From an uncultured Rhodospirillales bacterium (GTDB taxonomy: Bacteria; Pseudomonadota; Alphaproteobacteria; Acetobacterales; Acetobacteraceae), in assembly GCA_903843125.1 (NCBI GenBank), contig CAIMOR010000248.1:220-64219 (forward strand): DNA of 64,000 bases, read 5' to 3'. The notes under the pieces were generated by a model. It was not told the DNA's origin. It made no database searches and saw only the letters and a list, made by a program, of their open reading frames with translations. Position 1 is the stretch's first letter. Each line of letters opens with the position of its first letter. The translations under genes were made by a program, and so were the position numbers. Of this stretch, positions 1 to 7,670 are shown in pieces.

Positions 1-104
1 TGCGGCCCGCGCCCGGCCAGCTTGCGGTACAGCTTCTCCGCCTCGGCCAGCCGGCCCTGGCGATGCAGCGCCAGGGCCTGGTCGAACGGCGCGGCTGGCG
101 CCAT
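1..104 (-). CDS. TPR-repeat protein, N-terminal fragment (gene runs off the left edge)
   Basis: Minus-strand ATG at 104-102 followed by MAPAAPFDQALALHRQGRLAEAEKLYRKLAGRGP, a typical opening of a TPR helix pair. Only 34 codons are visible. Confidence 0.35.
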   Translation of the reverse strand, partial: MAPAAPFDQALALHRQGRLAEAEKLYRKLAGRGP

Positions 105-107
105 GCG

Positions 108-1364
108 CTACTCGGCGGCGGCCGACAGCGCGCCGTTTTCCCGGGCCCGCGCCCACAGCTCCGGCTGCAGTTCCTCCTTGCGGTTGGGGAAGGCCAGCGC
201 ACAGATGAAGGTGACGGCCCCGAAGCCGGAAAGTACCAGCAGCGCCGTGGTCAACGTGCCCGTCGCCTCATGCAGGAAGCCCACCAGCGGGGAAGCGGCT
301 GCGGCGCCGAGGAAGCCGATGGTGAAGCGGATGCTGTACAGCTTGGCCCGCAGCGCCGGCGCCACGTAGCGCGCCGTCATCGTCTCGTTCACCGTGACCT
401 GGCCGAAGATGCTGGCGGCCATCAGCCCGGCCAGCGGCAGCACCAGCCAGCCCTGCACGAAGGCCAGCGCCAGCATGCAGGGCATCTGCACCAGGGCCAG
501 CGGCATGAACACGCCCTTCAGCGTATGCTTGTCGATCATCCGCCCGACGGTGAACTGCGTCAGCCCGCCGCACAGCGTGGCCAGGAAGGCCAGCATCCCC
601 ACCACCGGCAACAGGTCCGGCGACCCCGCCAGCCGCTCCTCCATCAGCTTGGGCAGCAGCAGGGAGAAGGCGTTGAACACCAGGCCGGAAACGGTGGCGA
701 TGGCCATCAGCACCACCACGGCGCGGCGCACGATGGCGGGCGGAATGGCCGGGAACGCCTTCTGCGGCCCGGCCGCCTTGACGAAGTCGTACGGCTCTTC
801 GCGCAGCCACAGCAGGCCGATGCAGATGCAGACCACGCCCGGCACCAGAAAGGCAAAATGCCAGCCCAGCTTGGCCGCCAGCAGCGCCGTCACCACCGGG
901 GCGCAGGCCACGCCGATGTTGCCGAACGCGCCGTTGATGCCCATGGACCGGCCGACCCTGTCGCCGGCGGCCTCCACCAGCATGGCCGTGCCGATGGGGT
1001 GGTAGATCGCGGCGCAGGCGCCCATGCAGGCCAGCGCCACCGCCAGCACCAGCGGCGAGGGCGCGATGCCCGCCACCAGCAGCCCGGCGCCGGTGCCGAA
1101 GTAGAACACCGCCATCATCGCCTTGCGGCCGAACTTCTCCTGCAGCCAGCCCATCGGCAGGGCGCCCAGGCCATAGAGCACGAACATCGTGGTCCCCAGT
1201 GCCAGGATCGGCCCGTACTCGTGCCCGAAGGCCGCCGGCGCCTGGGTCACCATGCCCAGCACCGCGGTGGCCAGGATCAGCAGGATGTAGTGGTTGAGGA
1301 AGTGCGCCGTGTTGATGAACACGATCTGCCGCATTGCCTGGTCGCGCATGTTTCCGTTGTCCAT
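108..1364 (-). CDS. MFS transporter
   Basis: 418-aa ORF with about 12 hydrophobic helices and an MFS loop 2-3 signature (GWLQEKFGRKAMM). Divergent from an AraC regulator 49 bp away. Confidence 0.85.
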   Translation of the reverse strand: MDNGNMRDQAMRQIVFINTAHFLNHYILLILATAVLGMVTQAPAAFGHEYGPILALGTTMFVLYGLGALPMGWLQEKFGRKAMMAVFYFGTGAGLLVAGIAPSPLVLAVALACMGACAAIYHPIGTAMLVEAAGDRVGRSMGINGAFGNIGVACAPVVTALLAAKLGWHFAFLVPGVVCICIGLLWLREEPYDFVKAAGPQKAFPAIPPAIVRRAVVVLMAIATVSGLVFNAFSLLLPKLMEERLAGSPDLLPVVGMLAFLATLCGGLTQFTVGRMIDKHTLKGVFMPLALVQMPCMLALAFVQGWLVLPLAGLMAASIFGQVTVNETMTARYVAPALRAKLYSIRFTIGFLGAAAASPLVGFLHEATGTLTTALLVLSGFGAVTFICALAFPNRKEELQPELWARARENGALSAAAE

Positions 1365-1413
1365 TTCCTGAGCGGCAGCCTAGCCTGGCCGAGTAGAGAC
1401 GTCAGGTCAGATC

Positions 1414-2223
1414 ATGTCGCCATTCAGCCATCCCGGCGCCCTGGCACCGCTGCGCGGCTTCCCGCAGGAGGTCGTGGACCGCCCGCTTGCCGGCTTCGCG
1501 CGGGACTACCTGGACGCCCACGCCACCGGCCGGCACAGCCACGCCCGCGCCCAGTTGCTGTATGCCATCGCCGGGGTCATGCGGATCGCCACCGACAGCA
1601 TGGCCTACGTGGTACCGCCCGGCCGTGCCCTTTGGGTGCCCGCCAATACGCCGCACAGCGTGACCATGCAGGGCGAGGTCGCGATGCGCGCGCTGTTCCT
1701 GCGCGCCGATGCCGCCGCGGCCGGCCCGGTGGGCAGCGCCGTCATGGGCGTTTCGCCGCTGCTGCGCGCCCTGGTGCTGGCGGCCTGCGAGGAGCCGCTG
1801 GAATGGGACCCGGCCGGCCGCGCCGGGCATGTCGCCGCGCTGATCCTGGACGAGATCGCCCGCGCCCCGGCCCTGCCACTGGGCGTGCCGGCGCTGCACG
1901 ACCCACGCCTGGCCCGCCTGGCCGCCGCCTTGCAGGCCGACCCCGCCAGCCCGCTGACGGTGGAAGCCTGGGCCGAGCGCAGCGGCGCCAGCCCGCGCAC
2001 CCTCGCCCGGCTGTTCCAGCGCGAGACCGGCATGAGCTTCGGCCGCTGGCGTCAGTTGCTGCGGCTGTCCGAGGCGGCCGCGCTGTTGGCTCGCGGTGTC
2101 AGCCCGGCGCGCGCCGCCGCCGCGGTTGGCTATGCCAGCGCACCCGCCTTCGGCGCCGCCTTCCGGGCCGCCTTCGGTGTAACCCCGGGGGCTGCGTCAA
2201 GCGGGTTGACGGATTCGGCTTGA
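1414..2223 (+). CDS. AraC-family transcriptional regulator (cupin-like sensor + HTH)
   Basis: N-terminal cupin-like part (HSHARAQLLYAIAGVMRI, WVPANTPHSV). C-terminal AraC HTH (SPRTLARLFQRETGMSFGRWRQLLRL, GYASAPAFGAAFRAAFGVTPG). Confidence 0.85.
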   Translation: MSPFSHPGALAPLRGFPQEVVDRPLAGFARDYLDAHATGRHSHARAQLLYAIAGVMRIATDSMAYVVPPGRALWVPANTPHSVTMQGEVAMRALFLRADAAAAGPVGSAVMGVSPLLRALVLAACEEPLEWDPAGRAGHVAALILDEIARAPALPLGVPALHDPRLARLAAALQADPASPLTVEAWAERSGASPRTLARLFQRETGMSFGRWRQLLRLSEAAALLARGVSPARAAAAVGYASAPAFGAAFRAAFGVTPGAASSGLTDSA

Positions 2224-2317
2224 GTCACAAATCAGTGTAGTATACAATCTTCACGTCAACGTCGCTCGTTCAGCAGTGAGAGCTCCCACGGTCAAAAGGG
2301 CGCCTCGGGAAACGACC

Positions 2318-2557
2318 ATGCGTCATTCGGTTGTGGAACATGTGGTTATCGGTGGGGTCGTGCTCACCATGCTGGTCTGGCTCGACCTGCTGCCGCTGTC
2401 ATGGCTCGGGCAGGTGCTCAGAATGCTGCTGGCCTGGGGGCTGTTGAGCACGGCGCTGGTTGCCACCGGCGGTGCCTGGGTAGCGCTGGGACGCAGCCGC
2501 CGGCGCCTGCCGCGCCGGCCGCTGCCCGACCGGCATCGCCCGGCCGGCGGGCTGTAA
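2318..2557 (+). CDS. small hypothetical membrane protein (two predicted TM helices)
   Basis: ATG at 2318 gives MRHSVVEHVVIGGVVLTMLVWLDLLPLSWLGQVLRMLLAWGLLSTALVATGGAWVALGRSRRR. No family recognised; supported only by hydrophobicity and its position just upstream of lnt. Confidence 0.3.
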   Translation: MRHSVVEHVVIGGVVLTMLVWLDLLPLSWLGQVLRMLLAWGLLSTALVATGGAWVALGRSRRRLPRRPLPDRHRPAGGL

Positions 2558-2579
2558 CCACGCGGCACTTGCCGCCGGA

Positions 2580-4160
2580 GTGCCGCACCGCTACGGGCGG
2601 AGCGTGAGCGAGACCCTGCCCTATCCTCCGCGCCTGCATGCCTTGGCCGCCCGCCACCCGCGGCTGGCCATGCTGCCGCTCGGCCTCTGCGCTACCCTGG
2701 CGCTGCCGCCGTTGCATATCGTGCCGGCGCTGCTGGTGGCGGTGCCAGGCCTGCTTTGGCTGCTTGGTCGCGCGCCAGGCTGGCGGCAGGCCGCGCTGCT
2801 CGGCTTCCTCTGGGCCTGGGCGCATCACGTCGCCGGCGTGTACTGGGTCACCTCCGCCATCCTGAAGGATGTGGCGCATTTCTGGTGGCTGGTGCCGCTG
2901 GCCGCGCCGGCGCTGGCGGTACCCATGGCGCTGTTCGCCGTGCCTGCCGCCGTGCTGGCCTGGTGGTTGCCACCGGGTTGGCGCCGCGTGCTGGGCTTCG
3001 CTGCCGCCTTCGTCGCCGGCGAACTGCTGCGCGGCTGGGCCTTCACCGGCTTCCCCTGGAACCTAGTCGGCTCGGTCTGGGCTTTTGCCGCCCTGCCGAT
3101 CCAGGCCGCCTCGATCATCGGGGTGCACGGGCTCTCACTGCTGACGCTGCTGCTGGCCAGCCTGCCGCTGCTGGGCCGCCGGTTCTGGCTGGCCGGCGGG
3201 GTGCTGGTGCTGGTGCTGGCGGGCTTCGGACTGTGGCGGCTGGCCGGCCCGGACCCCTCCCCGCCCGGCGTGCGGCTGCTGCTGGTGCAGGGCAACATCG
3301 CGCAGGAGATGAAGTGGGACCCGGCCCAGCGCCGCGCCAACTTTCAACGCTACCTTGATCTCACCGCCAGTGCTGCCGCCGCCGAGGCCGCGGCGCACCC
3401 GGACCGGCCGCTGGCCGTGGTCTGGCCGGAAACCGCCAGCCCCTTCCTTTTGGCACAGGACCCCGAGGCGATCCGCCTCGCCGCCGCCAGCCTGCCAGCC
3501 AATGCGCTGCTCCTTGCCGGTTCGGTGCGGGCGAAATGGCGACCGGATGGCACGCTGGCGCAGGTGTGGAACAGCCTGGTGGTGCTGGACCCGCGCGGTC
3601 ACGTGCTTAATATATACGATAAATCTCATCTGGTGCCGTTCGGCGAGTACAGCCCGCTGTCGGGCCTGCTGCCGGTGCGGCTGGTGGCCGGGGGCGCTGG
3701 CGGCGCCGATTTCGGCGCCGGCCCCGGCCCGACCCGCCTGCAGATACCGGGCCTGCCCGATGTCGGCGCACTCATCTGCTACGAGGTCATTTTCCCCGGC
3801 CAGGTGGTGCCGACACCGCGGCCGCAATGGCTGGTCAACATCACCAACGACAGTTGGTTCGGCGAATCGGCCGGCCCCTGGCAACACCTGGCCGCGGCCC
3901 GGATGCGGGCGGTGGAGGAAGGGCTGCCGCTGGCCCGTGCGGCGCAATCCGGCATCTCGGCGGTGTTCGACGCCCATGGCCGGCGCATGGCCATGCTCGG
4001 GCTGGGCCAGGCGGGCACCGTAGCCACGGCGCTTCCGGGTGCCGCCTCGGCCACAATCTTCGGGCGGCTTGGGCTCTGGGTACCGGGGATCACGGTAATT
4101 TTAACGCTTTGCTACCTCTTTGTCTCTCGCCCAGGGCGGGAACCCACTGGTGAAGCTTGA
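2580..4160 (+). CDS. lnt: apolipoprotein N-acyltransferase
   Basis: Polytopic N-terminal part plus a CN-hydrolase domain with VVWPETA (Glu), YDKSHLVPFGEY (Lys), ALICYEVIFP (Cys) and NITNDSWFG. Start uncertain (GTG 2580 or GTG 2604). Confidence 0.9.
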   Translation: MPHRYGRSVSETLPYPPRLHALAARHPRLAMLPLGLCATLALPPLHIVPALLVAVPGLLWLLGRAPGWRQAALLGFLWAWAHHVAGVYWVTSAILKDVAHFWWLVPLAAPALAVPMALFAVPAAVLAWWLPPGWRRVLGFAAAFVAGELLRGWAFTGFPWNLVGSVWAFAALPIQAASIIGVHGLSLLTLLLASLPLLGRRFWLAGGVLVLVLAGFGLWRLAGPDPSPPGVRLLLVQGNIAQEMKWDPAQRRANFQRYLDLTASAAAAEAAAHPDRPLAVVWPETASPFLLAQDPEAIRLAAASLPANALLLAGSVRAKWRPDGTLAQVWNSLVVLDPRGHVLNIYDKSHLVPFGEYSPLSGLLPVRLVAGGAGGADFGAGPGPTRLQIPGLPDVGALICYEVIFPGQVVPTPRPQWLVNITNDSWFGESAGPWQHLAAARMRAVEEGLPLARAAQSGISAVFDAHGRRMAMLGLGQAGTVATALPGAASATIFGRLGLWVPGITVILTLCYLFVSRPGREPTGEA

Positions 4161-4180
4161 ACCGACGCGTGAGCCATCTT

Positions 4181-4230
4181 TTTTGAGAATTCTCAAAAGT
4201 ATTGACGCTTCCTTGCGAATCCCTTAAAGC
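4181..4230 (+). promoter_or_regulatory. perfect 18-bp AT-rich palindrome (4181-4198) next to a sigma-70-like promoter (TTGACG 4202-4207, 17-nt spacer, TAAAGC 4225-4230)
   Basis: TTTTGAGAATTCTCAAAA is fully self-complementary. It lies in the lnt/XRE intergenic region about 70 nt upstream of the XRE-family gene. The promoter hexamers are only partial matches. Confidence 0.4.
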
Positions 4231-4270
4231 TTCCTGTCAGTAGGGGCCGCGACCGCCTTGGGGCGGTTCC

Positions 4271-4798
4271 ATGGCCCCCTTTTGTCCAGCGATGAATGGG
4301 CCTGACAGCATGGCGAAGACCGAGGTCCGGGAGTGGGATGGACGCGTGATGCCGAGCGACGAGCCTGTTGAGCGCGCCGACCGCGAGCACCGCCCCAGCC
4401 CCATCGACGTGCACGTCGGCAGCCGCGTCCGCCTGCGCCGCACCCTGCTTGGCATGAGCCAGGAAAAGCTCGGTGAAGCCCTTGGCCTGACCTTCCAGCA
4501 AGTGCAGAAGTACGAACGCGGCGTGAACCGCATCGGTGCCTCCCGCTTGTTCGACCTGGCCCGCGTGCTGGACGTGCCGATCGGCTTCTTCTTCGACGAC
4601 ATGCCCGATGCGATGGGCGGCACCACCAACGGCCGCAGCCGCGTCGCCGGCTTCGCCGAGAGCCAGGACGGCTTCGAGGAAGACACGCTGCATCGCCGGG
4701 AAACCCTGGAACTGGTGCGTGCCTACTACCGCATCACCGACCCCGCCGTGCGCAAGCGGGTGTTCGAACTGATCAAGAGCCTGACGCCGACCGACTGA
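4271..4798 (+). CDS. XRE-family helix-turn-helix transcriptional regulator
   Basis: HTH_3 core RVRLRRTLLGMSQEKLGEALGLTFQQVQKYERGVNRIGASRLFDLARVLDVPIGFFFDDM. Start could be 4271 or the ATG at 4310. Confidence 0.85.
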   Translation: MAPFCPAMNGPDSMAKTEVREWDGRVMPSDEPVERADREHRPSPIDVHVGSRVRLRRTLLGMSQEKLGEALGLTFQQVQKYERGVNRIGASRLFDLARVLDVPIGFFFDDMPDAMGGTTNGRSRVAGFAESQDGFEEDTLHRRETLELVRAYYRITDPAVRKRVFELIKSLTPTD

Positions 4799-5030
4799 GG
4801 CGCCGCCGCAGGGCTTGCCAACACCTGCCGCCGCTGCCGGCCTCGTCCATCGGCCGGAGCATCGGTCCGGGCGGGTTGCCGACGGAAGTCCGCGCGCCGT
4901 CGCCGCTCAACAATAGCGTCCGCGACCACCAGCCCAGCCCGCGTAAGCACGCCGGATGGTCCGTGGCCACTATCCGCCGCTGTGGCGACGCCAACCGGAA
5001 ACGCGTCCCGGTGTCGCCGTTGCAGCGCGG

Positions 5031-6590
5031 CTATCCCGCGGCCTTCCAGCTCTGCAGCTTGCGGTAGACCGTGCTGGGGTTGATCTCCAGCAGCGCTGCG
5101 GCGCGCGCGACGTCGTTCTGCGTCTCGGCCAGGGCAGCAAGGATGAGCCGCTTCTCCATCACCGCCAGCGGTTCTATCCGCGGTGGTGGCGGCGGTGAGG
5201 CGACATAGACCACCGGCGGCGGAGCGAAGAAGACCGGCTCGGGAGCGGGCGCCGGCAAGGCCGGCATCGGCACGCCCGGCAACGCAACGGGGTCGGCTGG
5301 CGCGGCAGCGGGTTCGGCCGGCAGCAACGGCTCGGCCGGCGCGACAGCGGGTTCGGCCGGCAGCGACGGCTCGGCCGGCACCGGCTGCCCGGCGAGGCCG
5401 CCGCGCGGCGCGGCGCGCAGCAACATCGGCGGCAGCATAGCCGGCGTCACCACCTCCCCGTCATGCAGCACCACCACGTTGCGGACCACGTTCTGCAACT
5501 GCCGCACATTGCCCGGCCAGGGATAGGCCTGCATGGCCTGCTCGGCTTCCGGCGCAAAGCCGCGAAACCGCCTGCCTTCCTCGCGGTTGGCCTGGGCCAG
5601 CAGCACCCGGGCGATCAGCACGGCATCGGCCCCACGTTCCCGCAACGGCGGCAAGGCCAACGGCACGACATAGAGCCGGTAATACAGGTCCTCGCGGAAC
5701 CGCCCAGCCTCCACCTCGGCCAACGGGTCCCGGTTGGTGGCGCAGACGAAGCGCACGTCCACCTTCTCGGTCCGGCTGGCGCCCACCGGCTGGAAGCTGC
5801 CGGTCTGCACGAAGCGCAGCAGCTTGACCTGCATCTCCAGCGGCATCTCGCCGATCTCGTCCAGGAACAGCGTGCCGCCATCGGCCTGCTTGGCCGCACC
5901 CACCCGGTTGTCGGTGGCGCCGGTGAAGGCGCCCTTCACATGGCCGAAGACCTCGCTTTCCAGCAGGTCCCGCGGGATGGCGCCGCAGTTCAACGCGACG
6001 AAGGGTTTTGCCGCCCGCGGCGATGCCTTGTGGATCGCCTCGGCCGCCAGCTCCTTGCCGGTGCCGCTTTCGCCGGTGATGAAGACGCTGGCGCGGGAAG
6101 CGGCGACGCTCTCGATAGTGCGGTACACCGCCTGCATCGGGGCGGAGGCCCCGATGAAGCCGAAGAACCGGTCCCGCGAGAGCTGGGCGCGGACGGTTTT
6201 CAGTTCCTGGGTCAGCGCGCGCTTTTCCAGCGCATTGGTCAGCGTGACGGTCAGCCGCGCCTTGGCGTAGGGCTTGACGATGAAGTCCACGGCGCCCTGG
6301 CGCATCGCCTCCACCGCGGTGTTCACGCTGGCGTTGGCGGTGACCACGATGATCGCCGCCTCCACCCCTTCCGCCCGCAGCTTCCGCATCAGCTCGAAGC
6401 CGGAGAAATCCGGCAACTCCAGGTCCAGCAGGATGGCATCGGGCGGGAAGGCCTGCGCATCGGCCAGGGCGCGGCCGGCGGTCTCGGCGTGGCGGATCTC
6501 AACGCCGAGGTCGCGCAGCAGCGCCTTGGCCACCTCCGCCTGGGTCGGCGTGTCCTCCACCAGCAGGATGCGGGCCGGCGGCTGGCTCAT
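5031..6590 (-). CDS. sigma-54-dependent response regulator (REC + AAA+ + Fis HTH), LuxO-like
   Basis: REC domain (ILLVEDTP, ILLDLELPD, IVKPY). Walker A GESGTGKE and GAFTGA loop (GHVKGAFTGA). Blocks I recall as LuxO-typical: LLRFVQTGSFQPVG, VDVRFVCATNRDP, GRFREDLYYRLYVVPLALPPLRERG, WPGNVRQLQNVVRNVVVL, PSTVYRKLQSW. Confidence 0.85.
   Translation of the reverse strand: MSQPPARILLVEDTPTQAEVAKALLRDLGVEIRHAETAGRALADAQAFPPDAILLDLELPDFSGFELMRKLRAEGVEAAIIVVTANASVNTAVEAMRQGAVDFIVKPYAKARLTVTLTNALEKRALTQELKTVRAQLSRDRFFGFIGASAPMQAVYRTIESVAASRASVFITGESGTGKELAAEAIHKASPRAAKPFVALNCGAIPRDLLESEVFGHVKGAFTGATDNRVGAAKQADGGTLFLDEIGEMPLEMQVKLLRFVQTGSFQPVGASRTEKVDVRFVCATNRDPLAEVEAGRFREDLYYRLYVVPLALPPLRERGADAVLIARVLLAQANREEGRRFRGFAPEAEQAMQAYPWPGNVRQLQNVVRNVVVLHDGEVVTPAMLPPMLLRAAPRGGLAGQPVPAEPSLPAEPAVAPAEPLLPAEPAAAPADPVALPGVPMPALPAPAPEPVFFAPPPVVYVASPPPPPRIEPLAVMEKRLILAALAETQNDVARAAALLEINPSTVYRKLQSWKAAG
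5306..5379. repeat. two tandem copies of a 39-bp unit inside the activator gene (encodes PAEP-type Pro/Ala repeats)
   Basis: cagcgggttcggccggcagcaacggctcggccggc (5306-5340) is repeated at 5345-5379 with one mismatch. It encodes PAEPSLPAEPAVAPAEPLLPAEPAAAP on the minus strand. Confidence 0.8.
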
Positions 6591-6952
6591 GCAATCAGGT
6601 CCGCCAGGGCCACCAGCGCCGCCTGCGCCTCGGCGCCGATCTGCGCGGCCAGGGCTGGCGAAGGCGCCTCGGCCCCCAGCATGCCCCGGCGCGCCGCCGC
6701 TTCCAGCCGCAGCGCGCCCACCGCACCGGCGGCGCCGGCCAGGCTATGGGCGGCGCGCTGGAACCCCCGGGCGTCGCCCTGCCGGACCGCGGCGGCAAGC
6801 TCCGCCGTCAGGCGCGTCAGGTCGTCGTGGAAGGTGCGGATGATGCGCAGGAAGTCGGGCCGAGGGAGATCCTCGGCGAGCTGGCCGGCGATGCTTGGGT
6901 CAAGCGCGTGCACGGCGAAGTGGTCGCATCCGGTTGCGTCCGGGTCAATCAT
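6587..6952 (-). CDS. Hpt histidine-phosphotransfer protein (LuxU-like)
   Basis: 121 aa with the Hpt signature AAHSLAGAAGAVGALRL. Its stop overlaps the ATG of the downstream activator (ATGA at 6587-6590). Confidence 0.75.
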   Translation of the reverse strand: MIDPDATGCDHFAVHALDPSIAGQLAEDLPRPDFLRIIRTFHDDLTRLTAELAAAVRQGDARGFQRAAHSLAGAAGAVGALRLEAAARRGMLGAEAPSPALAAQIGAEAQAALVALADLIA

Positions 6953-7174
6953 CGGTTGCGACGACCTGCGTCGCCAGGGCCAGCGCCGCCCGAGGACCGC
7001 ATCCCAATCCTGCGGAATTTGCGAAAAATGAGACGTTCTGTCGCTTTTTGACTAATTTTTGCTGGACAGCACATCTCGATACACGTCAAGGATGCGTCAA
7101 CAGTCTTTCTTTCCCTGAAGAATGGTGCTGATGCCTCGCATGCCCCGCCAACCGCGAATCATCGCCGCTGCGCC

Positions 7175-7190
7175 TGGCCGCAGCCATGCG
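7175..7190 (+). promoter_or_regulatory. candidate sigma-54 -24/-12 element
   Basis: TGGCCG-CAGCC-ATGCG. GG (7176-7177) and GC (7188-7189) have the required 10-nt separation. It lies about 20 nt upstream of the GAGGAG Shine-Dalgarno (7211-7216). Chance matches are common in GC-rich DNA. Confidence 0.2.
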
Positions 7191-7222
7191 GTCTACCGCG
7201 CCGGCGCTGAGAGGAGCGCCGC

Positions 7223-7612
7223 GTGATGCGCTGGACGATGTCGATCTTCGCGCTGGCCCTCGCCATTGCCTTGGGGGCGGTCGGACCGATGCCGGGGACG
7301 CAGCAGGGCCATGCTGCCGGCGCTACGCGGCTAGCCCTGCCGTCCGTGGCCAACTTCAGCTTGTTCGGCAGCGCCCAGGCCACGACGCAGGCGCTGATGC
7401 TCGCCGATGCCGGCGGCGATGCGGCCTGCCCGAGCCACCCCGCCGCGGTGCAGGACAGCGCCCCGCAAGACAACGCCCTGCTCTGGGCCGCCAGCCTACG
7501 CGGCTGGTCCGAGGGGCCGACCGTGCGCGCCTGGCGCCGCTTCGTCGCCTGGACCAAGCAAGCCTGGCGTCCGGCGCCGCCTTGCGGATCAACCCAGGCC
7601 AGCCTCGGCTGA
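7223..7612 (+). CDS. hypothetical secreted protein
   Basis: GTG 7223 / ATG 7226 preceded by GAGGAG. Signal-peptide-like N-terminus MMRWTMSIFALALAIALGAVGP. No family recognised. Confidence 0.45.
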   Translation: MMRWTMSIFALALAIALGAVGPMPGTQQGHAAGATRLALPSVANFSLFGSAQATTQALMLADAGGDAACPSHPAAVQDSAPQDNALLWAASLRGWSEGPTVRAWRRFVAWTKQAWRPAPPCGSTQASLG

Positions 7613-7670
7613 GCCCTCGGGCGATGGCCGCGCGGCATCGCCGTTCTAGCTCCCGCGCGGCATCGCCATC

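Noticed and set aside
2224-2317. AT-rich stretch with GTATAC palindrome (gtgtagtatacaatcttcacgtcaacg) after the AraC gene.
   Set aside because: It is a short 6-bp palindrome only. It probably just reflects intergenic promoter/terminator composition, and I could not define -35/-10 hexamers with confidence.
3606-3630. Sharp AT-rich patch (cttaatatatacgataaatctcatc) inside lnt, considered as an insertion scar or internal promoter.
   Set aside because: It is in frame and encodes the conserved CN-hydrolase segment LNIYDKSHLVPFGEY containing the catalytic Lys. It is therefore ordinary coding sequence with atypical codons.
6953-7222. Qrr-like small RNA next to the LuxO-like gene.
   Set aside because: I found no Qrr-type conserved core and no convincing rho-independent terminator. 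The A-run/weak stem/T-run at about 7025-7049 has only a 5-bp stem with a mismatch. The one GG-N10-GC element is followed by a protein-coding ORF.
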